Of a stretch of DNA of 64,000 bases, positions 23,155 to 36,521 are shown piece after piece. This DNA comes from Callorhinchus milii (taxonomy: Eukaryota). The notes below the pieces were generated by a model. The model saw only the letters and a program-made list of their open reading frames with translations. It did not search any database and was not told the DNA's origin. Each line of letters opens with the position of its first letter. Within the stretch, counting starts at the first letter, position 1. Where the stretch lies: the NCBI RefSeq assembly GCF_018977255.1, contig NW_024704743.1, positions 101,930,001 to 101,994,000 of the forward strand, in the 5' to 3' direction. Position numbers and translations under genes: made by a program.

Positions 23155-24224
23155 TTCCCCCAGTGGTCTTATCTGATTCAGTCAATTAAATACCTTCTAA
23201 ATAATTCAAAGCTCTGTGCATTTTCTGTATTTATTAGGATGGAAGAAATGCCTACAGGTTTCAATAAAAAAAGCAGTTCATTTGATTCATTTGACCTGTC
23301 CACTAATGAAAACAAATTGCAAATGGTTTGCTCTATCAAACCTAGTGCCCATACTTGAGGTCACAATCTTATTTTCATTATCTGTGCCAGTTTTCCCTTT
23401 TAACATTTACTTCTTGGTAAAGAACAGTGGAATACTAATTCAGGTGCCATTTTCTGTTTATCTCATCGCATTTTGTTACTGACAGACCCGTTGATGGTCT
23501 GACATGTAATTCACTAGGGTTTGCTATAATTCATGTTTCTCTGCATCTTAGCAGTTAGATTACATTCAGAAGGTATTTGCATGTTCCGCTAGCTATCTTA
23601 ATGACATTGTGGAGCCTGAATGCTAAATTGTACATCCTCACTAAGGCAAAAAACAAGTCAAATACTTTGATCATGAATTCATGTTACACATGATATGAAA
23701 CCTAGATATTTTCAGCACAGAAGGAGGCCATTCAGCCCATTGTGTCTGCACCACACAACCACTGTTTCTTTAAATCAGCCTTTTTAGTAATTCCGTTTTC
23801 CAGCTCGTTCCCCTTATCCTCATGTCAGCAATTCATAAAACTGAGCAAAGGGAGGAGGAATACATTACACTATGTGGAACTAATCATCTTTGTAAACGTG
23901 TTTTGTAGACCATAGGTACTAACCACCTCATGAATTCTGAATTGGACGTTAACATTGAAAGTACATCCCTGACGAGTCTCTTATAGGCTAGAAAACTTCT
24001 TAAAATTCAGGAAGCCGGATGCAAATTTGCACTGTAACAATATGACCCAAAGCAAATTTTCAGTTTGTTAGAAGATCTTATCTGAGTGTATGGGTTGAAT
24101 TAAGTGGTAAGTAACGCGATAATTGTCACCAATGACAATTACCACAAGGATGGAATTTGCGTTTGACATTCGTAGTTTTGTGTCTGAAATTATACTGCTA
24201 TAGAGTGTATATGTTTTGAATGTA

Positions 24225-24832
24225 TCAGCCTGGCTCAGGTAATAGCATTCTTGCCTCTGAGACAAAAAGCTGTGGGTTCAATAATAATAATAATCTTTGC
24301 ATTGATACAGTGGTTTTCACATCTTTGAGATGTCTCAAAGTGCTTCACAGAATAGACTGTAAAGTGAATTGACTGTATATTTGTGGGCAAAACGCAGCAG
24401 CTAATTGCACACAGCAGTGTCTCACAAACAGTCGTGGATTGAGTGATCACATTATTATTGTTTTTTAGGGGTTGTTATCCCCAGAAAAGCGATCTGCCAA
24501 TCGACTAACAACCGGGTTCCTACCTACTGCTAGAAACTGCAAGGTGGTGGAGCACTATATTGTCCTTCAGATGAGACATTAAACCAAGGTATCATTAGCC
24601 TGTAAAGCGCATGTGGCACTATTCAAAAAGAGAAGGGAGTTTCTACTGTTGCTCTGGCCACCAATCCTCTAGATAAAATTGGTCATTCACTTTGTGGCTG
24701 TTTGTGGAATATTTCTGTGTGCAAATTGGCTGCCATGTTTACCTACAAATATACAGTCAATGTAATTTATAATAAATCTTGTGAAGTGCTTTGGGACATT
24801 CTCTGATCATATTAAATGTAAGGATTATTATT
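24225..24832 (+). mobile_element. Near full-length SacSINE1-like SINE with a nested minus-strand long-form SINE (24281-24533)
   Basis: Head TCAGCCTGGCTCAGGT..TGTGGGTTCA is cut in the B box by (AAT)n; body and tail resume after ~24545. Confidence 0.85.
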
Positions 24833-25802
24833 CTTATTTCATTTATAAACATGCAATAAGTTTCAATGATAGTTCCTTCTGTTTTAAATTAATCCCTAAC
24901 TGACAATGTATTCTCCAGTGGAGTTAATTACCCCTGTTTAAGGACATGACATTATTTTATGAATAATGGCATCATATGTATCAGTGCTAAAGATAGATGA
25001 TTGTTTGTATCGCATATATGGTATTGATTATTGTTAGATTGAGTAAAGAATTTATAAACCTCATGATTATTGCTGATTTAATTGAATAAATATTGATTAT
25101 TGATGGATAAATTTAAGCATGTTGCTGGGTATCTGCAAGTGTTGGACATTTGGCTGACAAAAAAAAATTACAGAAGTGAAAATGTGCAAAGGCAGGACAT
25201 GATTTTTAAGGTATATGGGACTTATTATTGACAGACAACGTTTGGAAATTTAACCAACCATTATTTCACATCCCTGATGAACATTCTTTCCCTGGAATAT
25301 ATAGAAATTTACTTTCCGGTACATTCAATTATAACAGCAGCAGCACTTACATTGAATAGGACACAGAACTGCCCCCAAATCACAATTTTTTCATTCAGAA
25401 GAAACTAAAGCTCTCTAACATATAATCCAGGCAGCTCTGTGTCCTGCTTTATCAAATCCATCTGTGTAATACTCAGTCTTCTTGCTTTCCACTTGACAGA
25501 GTTAGCCTCAAACCTCCATGCTGACAACATGATCAGTTATTTATCTTCATCATGCTACACTTAAAACATTGTTTGTCTTTTTGCCTTTAATCTGACGCAT
25601 TAACTCTCTATCTTATTCATAGTATTACTGCACTGACATCACCTTCAACACGTGCCTCATTTGTAATAAATCTATTAGTTGAAGGCTGCCTAGGTGTCTA
25701 ACAGTAAAGAATATTTCACTGTACCAATAACAATTCTTGTATTGCTGATCTACTGTAAATACCAATACATGCTTCAAATAACATAAGTGTTCCTTTGGTG
25801 GA

Positions 25803-26142
25803 TAATAGTAATAATAATAATCCTTGCATTTGATATAGTGCCTGATTGGTTGTTTTATGGGCGAAACGCGGCAGCCAATTGTACACAGCAATGTCCCACG
25901 AACAGTCGTGGATTGAGTGACCAGATTATTATTATTAGTGGATGACCAAAAAGTTGTGATACCATCACAATGTCTAATAAGTCTTGAAGAAATTATGATT
26001 TTTTTTGGATAATAGGGTAGATATAAAGGGATTATTACACCCGAAAAGCGATCCGCCAATCAACTAACAAGCAGGTTCCTACTTCCTGCTAGGTAAACAG
26101 AGGCATGTGGAGTAAGGAAACTTGCCTAAGATTTTGCCCTGG
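25803..26142 (-). mobile_element. Long-form (family B) SINE with complete CORE-like block
   Basis: Carries the extra AAAAGCGATCCGCCAATCAACTAACAA..CCTACTTCCTGCTAGGTAAACAGAGGCA segment before TGTGGAGTAAGGAAACTTGCC. Confidence 0.85.
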
Positions 26143-26819
26143 ATTGTTTTATTGGATCAATAAAACCAAGATTGACTGAGGCCAATAATTCTTTTACTGT
26201 TGTGAAAGATGTTGTGCCCTTGTCTTATACAGTCATTTTAATTCCAAAATGCTGCCTCAGACCCATTTTGTGTTAATTCCAGTTCTATTTTTCATCATTA
26301 GAGTAGTTTTTGCTTGCTGTCATTGTATTGGATTTTACTTGCGTGTGGACTGGGTAAAGCGAAAAGTCAATTTCTTATTCACAAAATGAACTGTTGTTGT
26401 CTACATTGTCATTTTTTTCAGAAGCAAAATAATTTGTCTATTAATATTGAGCCCTTCAGGGAATTCCCACACCACTGCCAGATATTAATGTATCTGACCT
26501 CAGTGTTTATACTACAAAAACTTCAAATTCATATATTGGTGGATTGTAAAATACAAAAGCAAAGAGTTTGGATTATTTTGGATTATTGCTGATGCTAATA
26601 CTTTAAAAATGTCAAATGTCATTGCAATTTACATGATGTTCGATGACGGAAACAATCCACTGGAATAATGTGACTAGTTTTAGGTATTCTTTCACCAGTG
26701 AGTGACAGAAATCAGCATTGCTGAAATCAGCAAAGTCCCTCCAGAGCTTATCATGGTGTTTGAATCATGTAATTTACTGAACAAATATTATGCGTGACAG
26801 TCACACATCAAATTTACAC

Positions 26820-27135
26820 TGACACTGATGCAGTGCTTGGGGTGTGTTCCATTATCAGAGATGTTGTCCGTTGGATCAGACATTAAAGGTTAAAGATTAT
26901 TTTAACCTTAAAGTTAAAAGTTATTTTTCAAATAGGGGATCTCCTGGTCCTAGCCAATAATCCCTCCGTTAAAATTGGTCATTTGCTTCATGGCTGTTTT
27001 GTGGTACATTCCGGTACACAAAATGGATGCCGTATTCACCTACAAACACACAGAGGGTACACTTTATAGTAAATCATATGAAATGCTTTGAGATGTGATA
27101 AGGTGCTACATCAAATCAAGTCATATTTTATTATT
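26820..27135 (+). mobile_element. SacSINE1-like SINE body and tail
   Basis: AAAATTGGTCATTTGCTTCATGGCTGTTT, AAAATGGATGCCG, AGGTGCTACATCAAAT. Confidence 0.75.
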
Positions 27136-27159
27136 ATAGAACAGAATGGTTTTACAGGC

Positions 27160-28105
27160 TAAGATGAGGTGGCCGTAAGCACGGTCAAAGAGGAAGGTTT
27201 TCAGGCGGTACTTGAAAAAGGGGAGAGAGGGGGCAAGGCAGAGTGATAGAGAGAGAGTGTTCTAGAGTTTCAGGGCATAGTGGCTGAAAGCGTGACCTCC
27301 GATGGAGGGGCGGAGGGTGCGAGGGACGAGCAGGAGGCTGGTGTCAGTCAAGCAGAGGCAGACTGGTGGATTGGGGAGTGAGGAAGTTGGAGGTTGGGAG
27401 TTGCCAGAGAGAGAAGGGATTTGAACATGAGTGTGAGGATCTTGAAGTTGATCCGTTCGGTGATGGGGAACCAGTGAAGCCTGGCCAGAACTGGGGAGCT
27501 GGAGGTACGGAGTTTGGTCGGGATCAGTATGTGGGCGGCAGAGTTCTGAATGAACTGGATCTTTTGAATAGTAGAGCTGGGGAGACTGACAAGGAGTGCA
27601 TTTGAATAATCCAGGCAGGAGGTGACAAACGCATTTGGGGTAAGGTACAGTTGGAGGCGGGCAATGTGGTGGAGGCGGAGTGAAGCAGTCCTGGTCAGGG
27701 GCCGAAGTGGGGGAGGAAGGACAGCTGGGGATCGAACTGGGTGCCTAGATTCTGCACTGGTTCGGTGAATGTGAAAGTGAGCCCAGGGAGGTTGAGAAGT
27801 TCAGATCTGTAGGATTGAAGATGTTGACGGGTGCCAAGGAGTGTGGCTTCCGTCTTTTCTACATTCAGCTGCAGGAAGTTTGCACTCATCCAGGCCATAG
27901 TGTCTGCCAGACAAGCTGACCTGGAGTCGATACTGGAGGAGGCAAAGTAGATTTGTGTGTCATCCGCATACATATGGACGTTTACCTATGTCTGCGGATG
28001 ACATCGCCCAGAGGAAGCATATAGATAAGAAAAGAAGTGGGCCAAGGATGGAGTCCTGGGGTACCCTGCAGGTGGAGTCGGTTGGTTAAGTAGGACTCAC
28101 TGGGG
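27160..28105 (-). mobile_element. L2 LINE fragment including the RT catalytic motif
   Basis: ORF 27695-27973 MYADDTQIYF..WMSANFLQLNVEKTEA; upstream VPQDSILGP-like segment. Confidence 0.92.
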
Positions 28106-28658
28106 GAGAGCCAGGTTTTTGTAAGCCCCAAAATATCAATGTGCTTATCCAGGATGAGGTCATGGAGAGTAAGAACTTTGTTGCAGAGGGAGCAGACATT
28201 ATGGGGGGAAATGCGGATACAACAACAAGATTACATTTGTATAGCGTCTCTCACGTCGGGAGGATGTCCCAAGGCACTGAAGATTTGCTGGTGGAGGGGG
28301 AGGATGGAGGAGAGAATGGGAGAGTAGTATATATAGAGAGAGGGTGTGGTATAGTATAGTGCTGGACGTTTGTGAATGTTTTCATGCAGGAAGCATCTTC
28401 CAGTTGTGATTTATGAGTATCTCCGATTTGCCTGTGGCATAATTTGAAAAATCGACTCCAGGAGCAGAGCTATTAAACATTGGAACCTAGATATTCCCCT
28501 TAAGTGGATATCACCATCTTTCAATAACAATGAATCTAAACAGTTATCTCATTACTTTGATATTAGACACAGGAAGATGACACCATATTGGCCCTTACCC
28601 AATACTGAGCACTCTGTACATCATGTAAAGCAACTTTTGCAGTATGTAAAACTGTAAA

Positions 28659-29877
28659 CAGAAAGATGTCCTGACCGATAATCCGGTCCATGAAGAGTAA
28701 ACAGAGCTTCTAAATACATAGTGAAAGAGCTGTTGGTACTTTCCTTTCCATAGTATTATGGCAGTGAAATTGATGGTGCTTCATAGCATGCACTTTGTGA
28801 TAATTATCACCAGAAAAAGGTATAGGATATTATACGGCATGATTGATATTGTAAAGACCAATAAGTGCTGTTTAAAGCACCATTATTGCTTTAAAGCAAT
28901 ATCTTTGGCTACCACATCCCTTTGCTAAACTTTCAACATTTTTAAACTGTTCTTTTCAAAGAACAACCATAATAATGATGAATGTATTGCTTTGTTGTGT
29001 TAAAGCATTGCGATGACATGACTTGTTGTGTGTATATCATTATTGGTGGAGTTTCACTCAGAGGAGGAACTAGCACGACACAGAGAAAGGACCGATACAA
29101 AAGCCACTTAGTACACCACTTTGTCATAATCCGGGTATAAAATTAGGGGTCAGAACCTTCCCAACCAAATTTCTGAATTTCCCACAATTCAGCTCATTCC
29201 TACATTTTAAGAGAAAATGGTTTTACAGACTAAATTTGGGGTCTTTTTTGTTCATTTGTCCAGCTGCAGTGGTGCATTTTACAATCATTTGACTGACGTG
29301 GCAATATTTTAATCCAAACCTTCTATAATAGGATTGCAGGAATCATAACATTTAATCAGTAGAGCGATAAAAGGGCACAGAATGTACAGAAGCTTCAGAG
29401 TAACTGAACATCTTAATTCCTGTCAGTTTTTGAGGATACAGAAAACTAAATTTGCATACAGGAATGTATCACCCTATCCATGAAATGAAGGATAATAATA
29501 ATAATAATAATCATTACATTTGATATAGCACCTGATCACGTCTTCGAGACATCGCAAAGCGATTCATAGAATACACCGTAAAGTGAATTAACTGTATATT
29601 TTGTGGGTGAAATACAGCAGCCAATTGCAACAGTGTCCCACAAACAGTTGTAGATTGAGTGACCAAATTTTTGTTAAGGGATTATTACCCCCAAAAAAGC
29701 AATCCGCTAATCAGCTAACAACTGGTTCTTACTTACTGCTCGCTAAACAGAGGCATGTGGAATAAGTAAACATGCCTAAATTTTGCCCTGCCGGGAACTG
29801 AACCTGGATTCAATACACTACTGGACTCTACCAGATTATCGTAGTCCTACCGGATTATCGGTCAGGACATCTTTCTT
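28659..29877. mobile_element. Non-autonomous DNA transposon (Tc1/mariner-pogo-like MITE), containing a SINE
   Basis: Perfect 28-bp inverted repeat AGAAAGATGTCCTGACCGATAATCCGGT at 28660-28687 and 29849-29876; ends are compatible with TA|CAG...CTG|TA after one substitution on each side; no transposase ORF. Confidence 0.8.
29492..29828 (-). mobile_element. Long-form (family B) SINE nested in the MITE
   Basis: (AAT)n tail, GCAGCCAATTGC, CTTACTGCTCGCTAAACAGAGGCATGTGG, decayed head ending GGACTC. Confidence 0.85.
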
Positions 29878-32259
29878 TATACACCAATTGAGTTAAATAT
29901 TTCATGGTAGACGGACATCTTCCCCAGAAATTTCAGGTTACGCAAGCAGTCACAGTGTGGTATGTGAGGAACCCTCTAGCTGCTTAGTTAGCGAGATTAA
30001 CAAGATACTGTCACCTAGGCAACAGTGTAGCAGTGAGGAGCTACCCAAGGCTGGAGCACAGTCATTCAACCCGACCTGCAATGAACAAATTATTTCAATT
30101 TAGACCTGCTCTGTTGCCTTTGGAAGCTGTGCTCTCACTGCCTCCGTTTCCTTTCTCTTGTGTATTGAATCATGAGAACATACAAGCCCTGTCAATCTCA
30201 TGCACAGTAGCTCTGCACAGTACATAATGGTTTAAAAAATTCTACACCCATAAAGGGGGTCAAAAATAATTTATTACACTTCAGACCACAGAACATGATC
30301 ACTTGTTAAAGATGCAATACTGTTTCGACAAATTCATTGAGTGAAAAGTACAAAAAAAATTGTTTTATATATATTTAAAATTTACATGCATCAATGCATT
30401 GAGTTTGGCACCTTCAACAATTCGGGACGATTGGAGTGTTACCTTAGACTACGAGTTCAAGATCAGTTAGGGTCTCCTCATTGCACATAGACGTAACATT
30501 TTTCTATGAGAGACCGATAATTATGGCTGAAGGCAGCAACAATGAAAGTAAATTATCACATAAAGGAACATATAAACTACTTACAAGCTGCCCAATCTGC
30601 CATGTTGGTCCCTTCTATGTGAGAAAGTAGCAGGTTTACCTCAACAAACAACAATCGTAAAATAGCACTGGTCTTAAAGCAATCTAAAACAGGATATGCA
30701 ATGTATAGAATGGATAGAACTTGCCAAGGTAAAAGCTGAATAACATCCAGGGGAGTTAGTTGATCCATCGCTCACCATGTCAAAACTGTGTGATGCAGCA
30801 ATAAATAAGACAAGTGGAATGCTGGACTATATTGTCAAATCAGTTGAGTTCAGATTCCTAGAATAGGGTGGAGATCAAATGGGTCAAGATCCTTCTTCAT
30901 CCAAACCTCTTGTGTGATTGATTTTTTTTTGGATGTTCTATCACTGTTGCAATAGTTTGTTACTGTTTATAGTATTCTGAAGATCTCTCCTATACCTCCT
31001 GTCTCCAAATCTGCAGAGGAATATTGAGAGTTTCCACTGTATATTTTACAAAAAAATGTGTTTGGAATCAGGTAGGACATTTTAAAATTGTTTTGACATA
31101 AATTGCAAGAAAAAGTAGAAATCTTAGAAGTACCATTTTAGTACAAAAAGTAAACGGGTTTATATGAAACAATAAAACTTGCCTTGTGGCTTAGGAATTC
31201 TTTCTGTATAAACCCAATTATATTTCCCCCCAAAGCCTATATTCATCTAATCCATGTCTAACTAGAGCATCTGCTTTCGGGCCAGGTTCACTATATTTTT
31301 AAATTAAAATATATGTTTCTTTTTAAAGAGGTTTCAATGGGAACTTCTTCCAAAAGCTTGGTCGCAAATCAGGTAATTCACTCAGACTCAAGACAACTCC
31401 ACTCCAAGGATAAATTGAGTTGGAATGGCATTCCCATTAGGTATAGGCATCACAGACTTCCAGATTCTTAAAAAAATCAGCAGAATCATCCCTCTTGTTA
31501 TCAGGAATTAAGACTGATGTTATTCTTAGTTACAGCGAAGTATACATCGGTATCTCACGGTGATGTGAAAGTCATCTTGGTACCGAAATCAAACCCACTG
31601 AATTGTGTATAAATAGGACAGATTCCATTTTCTTGCATAATTCTTATGATTTGGCATATTTCATTCATTCTTAGCTTGTAATCACTGATGTGGATTTCAA
31701 AAGTAGGTCAAATTAGCTGAAAGTTTCAAGTTATTTCAAACACATAGCTGGCTTTATAACCAAGATTGATGTACGTCAATTATTAGGCATTGGCAGTTGA
31801 CTTTGTTGAACATCCATGGAGTATTATGCATATAATAAGTAAACTTTAATCTGGTAGCTAGAATTGACAAACAGAACAGAACATGCACAATATATTTTTA
31901 CAATTCAAAATCAAAGTCCAAATTGAAAAGAAAAATTGCAACGTAGTCCAGATTCTGAATTGTTTTAGTTTTAGATCTGAAAACAGTGAATGATTCAATG
32001 GTAGCCAAATTATCGTTGACTAGAAAATACACTACACTTCCACAAATCCTGTGAAGGGCTTTGAGATGTCCTCCTGACTTGAAGGATGCTATATCAAAAG
32101 CAAGGATGATGATTATTATTTAATACTGAAGGGTAGCATTATTCATTAAAGAAAATCTGGCAGTCAATGAAAGGGCTGACATTTACACAAAATTCAGTAC
32201 AAAATTCATCAAAGTTGGATGATCATCTGTAACAGGGAAGGTCATAGTGTTCCATTAAG

Positions 32260-33450
32260 ACACTGATATGAACTATCAGATAACAGTGATAAAAGTACCA
32301 TAGAATTGAATAAATTTAGAACTGCTAAATAGGGAGGGGGGAAATCAAGACAACAGCTCTTGATTTCAAATGGACTGAAATGGGAAACTTTTTACCAAAA
32401 AGAGGTAGAAAATGCTTGTTAATAGTGCAAGATTCCGCCTTGACTTCACGGTGTTAATCATGTAATAATGGACAAGCCTTATAAGGTCTACTATTAAGCT
32501 GCTTCTGTGATGATACATTGACATTGGAAAACACTAGGCTACCAGGATTCATAGAATCATTAGATTTAATATTACAGCTCGGGATAAGAGCAATAAATAA
32601 TAAAATTAATGTACCAAATTTTAACAGAACAGATTTTACTGCTGTAAAGGAGGAACAGGGGAGGACTCATTGGAAGATTATACTGTTGAGGAAATAAGAT
32701 CAGAGAAGTGGATGGAATCCTTTGAAGGATAAACTGGAGGTTAATACAGCAAGTACAAATAGTTGAACAAAAAAATGAACCAAAATGCAAAGGATAAACA
32801 AAATAATCGTCGCATTTCATATAATGCCTTTTGCATATGGAGGACATCTCAAAACGCTTCACAGTATTATTCACTGCAAAAAGTAATGATTGTACTGCGT
32901 TTAATGCTGTAAGAGGAAAGGAAGGGACAAATAAATGTCAAATTAAGATTTATTGAACAAAACAGATTGGGAAAATAGAGAACAATTGCCACCAAGGTCT
33001 GGAATTTGATATACAGTATTTACATCAGGCAAATAATTAAAGAACATGCATCCCTTTAAGGTTAAGCGATGAGGTACAGCAGCGATAAGTTTGCTACTGA
33101 ATTTCAAGATTAATTCTTATCAGTATTTATAATATAACATTGCAATATCACCTAATCCCATAACCAGGTTTACAGGGATGCATCTGGCAATATAATAAAA
33201 ATAGCAGTGGGAAATGAATAGTTATTAAAAACTGGAGCAAATAAAATTCCAGATATTAACTGGACCTGAGAATGCTAAAGGCAGAGCTGGAAGCTCTTTG
33301 GAATTGATTACTATCAGGAAATTTGGAAATAGTGAACAGAATTGCAATCATCAAGAAATAATAGAAGGCTGAGGTCAGCAAACAGTAGGAACTAGGTCAG
33401 TTATCAGAGGCCAGTGAAGTTGGCATTAATAGTAAGGAACATGAGGTCAG
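32260..33450 (+). mobile_element. Very old CR1 endonuclease/tether-region fragments
   Basis: Remnants such as PNFNRTDFTAVKEE, TTCCAGATATTAACTGG (PDINW) and GGAAATAGTGAA (GNS); heavily decayed and interrupted. Confidence 0.45.
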
Positions 33451-34002
33451 TTAACAACAACAAGTTGCATTTACATAGTGCCTTTCACTTCAGCTGGATG
33501 TCCCAAAGTCCTTCACACAGTTGACTGGGAGCCTGAGTGGGGGGAGGTAAGGTGGCTGGAAGCGTTGATGAAACATTAGGTTTTAAGTTGGGGCTTGAAG
33601 GTAGGATGGGAAGGAGCAAGGTGGAGGAACTCCGGGATGGATTTCCTGAATGCATGGGGTAGGCTGGCTGAAAGCTCACCAAACGATGGTTACCAGAGCC
33701 AGTGAGGTTGGTAATTAAATTTGGGAAGTTACTGGACAATTAAAATATAATCAATTCAAAACCATCTACTGAGATTAAAGATAATAAATGAAAAGGCTTC
33801 ATAAAACCCAATTGTACCGAACACAATTATAGGAACTTTTTAAACTATAACTGAATAAACAATAACAACTTGCATTTCCATAGTGCCTTTCATGTAGGAT
33901 ATCATCTTGGAGCTTCACAGTGGAGGTGTTGGAGGCTGACCATGGAGGAAGGGGAGAAGGAGGTAACCACGGGCCCAGTTAAAGAAAATGAAGATGGTAT
34001 TA

Positions 34003-35268
34003 TTTAACATGGATTTGTTAAAGGCAAATTATGTCTGACCAACCTGATAGAGTTTTTAATGAAGTAACAGAAAGGGTGGATGAGGGTAGTGCAGCTGATG
34101 TGGTTTATATGGATTTTCAAAAGACACTTAATAAAGTGCCACATAAGAGTAGTGTAAGCAAAATAGTGTAAGCAAAGTAGTAGCCCACGATATTAAAGGG
34201 ATAGTGGCAGCATGGATACAGAACTGGTTGGGTGACAGAACGCAGAGAGTGGTGGTGAACGGTTGTTTTTCTGACTGGAGAGAAATGTGCAGTGGTGTGC
34301 CCCAGAGCACAGTGTTTGAACTCCTGCTGTTTTTTATGTATATAAATGACCTTGATTTGGGTATAGGGAATACAATCTCCAAGTTTGCAGATGATACTAC
34401 GCTAGGAAATTAGAAAACAGTGAGGAGGATATGGAAATGAACATAGACAAACTGGTAAAATGGGCGGACACGTGGCAGGTGAAGTTTAATGTGGATAAAT
34501 ACGAAGTGATGCATTTTGGGATGAAGAATGAGGAGAGGCAATATAAGCTGATGGTACAATCTTAAAGGGGGTGAAGGAGCAGAGAGACCTGGGGGTTCAT
34601 GTAAGTAAATCTTTGAAGGTGGCGGGACAGGTAGATAAAGCTGTTAAAAAAGCAAATAGGATACGAGGCTTTATAAATAGGGGCATAGAATACAAAAGTC
34701 AGGAAGTTATGATAAACCTTTATAAAATACTGGTTAGGCCTCAGCCAGAGACTGTGTTCAATTCTGGGCACCACACTTTAGGAAGGATGTCAAGGCATTG
34801 GAGAGGGAGCAAAGGAGATTTATCAGGATGATACTAGGAATGAGGGACTTCAGTTATCAGGAGAGACTAGAGAAGTTAGGATTATTCTTCTTGGAGCAGA
34901 GAAGGTTAAGAGGAGACTCAATAGAAGTTTTCAAAATTATGAGGGGATTCGATAGGGTGAACAAGGAGAAACTATTTCAACTGGCGGGTGGTTCGGTAAC
35001 CCAAGGACACCGATTTAAAATATTAAAAGAAACAGAGGTGAGAATTTTTTTTCACACAGCGAGTTGTTCAGATCTGGAATACATTGTCTGAAAAGGTGGT
35101 GGAAGCCGATTCGATAACAACTTTTAAGAAAGAAGTAGATAGTTATTTGGGGAAGACAAGTTTGCAGTGCTATGGGGAGAGAGTGTGGGAGTGGGATTCA
35201 ATTGGACAGCTCTTTTCACAAAGCCAGCACAGACACGTTGGGCCAAATGGGCTTCTTCTGTGCTGTAT
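34003..35268 (+). mobile_element. CR1 LINE RT and 3' end, frameshifted
   Basis: WIQNWLGDRTQRVVVNG..SGVPQ..YINDLD..SKFADDT; QRDLGV; LEKLGLF; 3' UTR GGGCCAAATGG..TGTGCTGTA. Confidence 0.95.
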
Positions 35269-35269
35269 A

Positions 35270-36521
35270 CATAAGAACATAAGAACATAAGAATTAAGAG
35301 CAGGAGTAGGCCATTCGGCCCCTCGAGCCTACCCCGCCATTCGATAAGATCATGGCTGATCTTCAGACCTAACGCTAATTACCTGCTCTATCCCCATATC
35401 CCTTAATCCCTCTGTTTTTTAAAAATCTATCAATCTCAGCCTTGAAGATGTTCAAGGACTGAGCATCTACAGCCTTCTGGGGTAGTGAATTCCATAAATT
35501 CACTACTCTCTGAGTGAAGAAATGTTTCCTCAACTCTGTTCTAAAAGGCTGACCCTTAATTTTAAGACTGTGACCCCTGGTTATAGATTCTCCCACCAGG
35601 GGAAACAATCCCTCAGTGTCTACTTTATCCAGCCCTTTAAGAATCTTATATGTTTCAATAAGATCTCCCCTAATTCTTCTGTATTCTAGAGAATACAGCC
35701 CTAGTTTATTCAGCCTATCCTCATAGGTCAGTCCCCTCATCCCAGGAACTAACCGAGTGAATCTACGCTGCACCCCCTCTAGGGCAAGTATGTCCTTTTT
35801 TAAATAAGGAGACCAAAACTGCACACAATACTCTAGGTGCCGGCTCACCAAGGCCGTATACAGTTGCAGCAAGACTTCCCAACTCTTGTACTCTAAACCT
35901 TTTGCAATGAACGCTAACGTGCCGTTCGCCTTCTTAGTTGCTTGCTGCACCTGCAAACTAACTTTTTGAGACTGGTGTACAAGGACACCCAAATCCCTCT
36001 GCACACTAACACTATCTAATCTCTCCCCCTCTAAAAAATAATCTAGTTTTCTATTGTTTCTACCTAGATGAATAACTTCACATTTCCCCACATTAAATTC
36101 CATCTGCCACCTACTCGCCCACTCCCCTAGCCTATCCCGTTGCAATCTTTTTGCATCATCCTCAGAGCTTACTCTCCCACCTAGTTTAGTATCATCCGCG
36201 AATTTAGATACGTTACATTCAATCTCCTCGTCTAGATCATTGATGTAAATTGTAAAGAGCTGAGGCCCAAGCACTGATCCTTGTGGCACTCCACTAGTCA
36301 CATCCTGCCAATTCGAGAATGACCCGTTTATCCCTACTCTCTGTTTTCTACCCGTTAGCCACTCTTCAATCCATGCTAATATGCTCCCATTAATCCCGTG
36401 GGCCTTAACCTTGTGCTATAGTCTTTTGTGTGACACTTTGTCAAATGCCTTTTTAAAATCTAAATATACTACATCTACTGGTTCCTCCCTATCTAACCTG
36501 CTAGATACATCTTCAAAAAAC
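35270..36521 (-). mobile_element. Young CR1 LINE, 5'-truncated, near-intact RT C-terminal ORF
   Basis: 308-aa ORF SGVPQGSVLGP..YINDLD..KFADDTKLGG..LEYCVQFWSPY..RVVNLWNSLP; one upstream stop (HKRL*HK); (TTCTTATG)n tail. Confidence 0.97.

Noticed and set aside
31329..31372. Plus-strand exon candidate with good acceptor and CAG|GTAATT donor
   Set aside because: All three frames are open over only 42-44 nt and nothing is recognisable; cannot be separated from chance.
35375..36301. Host gene or domesticated reverse transcriptase
   Set aside because: 5'-truncated CR1 with an upstream in-frame stop, no endonuclease domain, and a normal CR1 UTR and tail.
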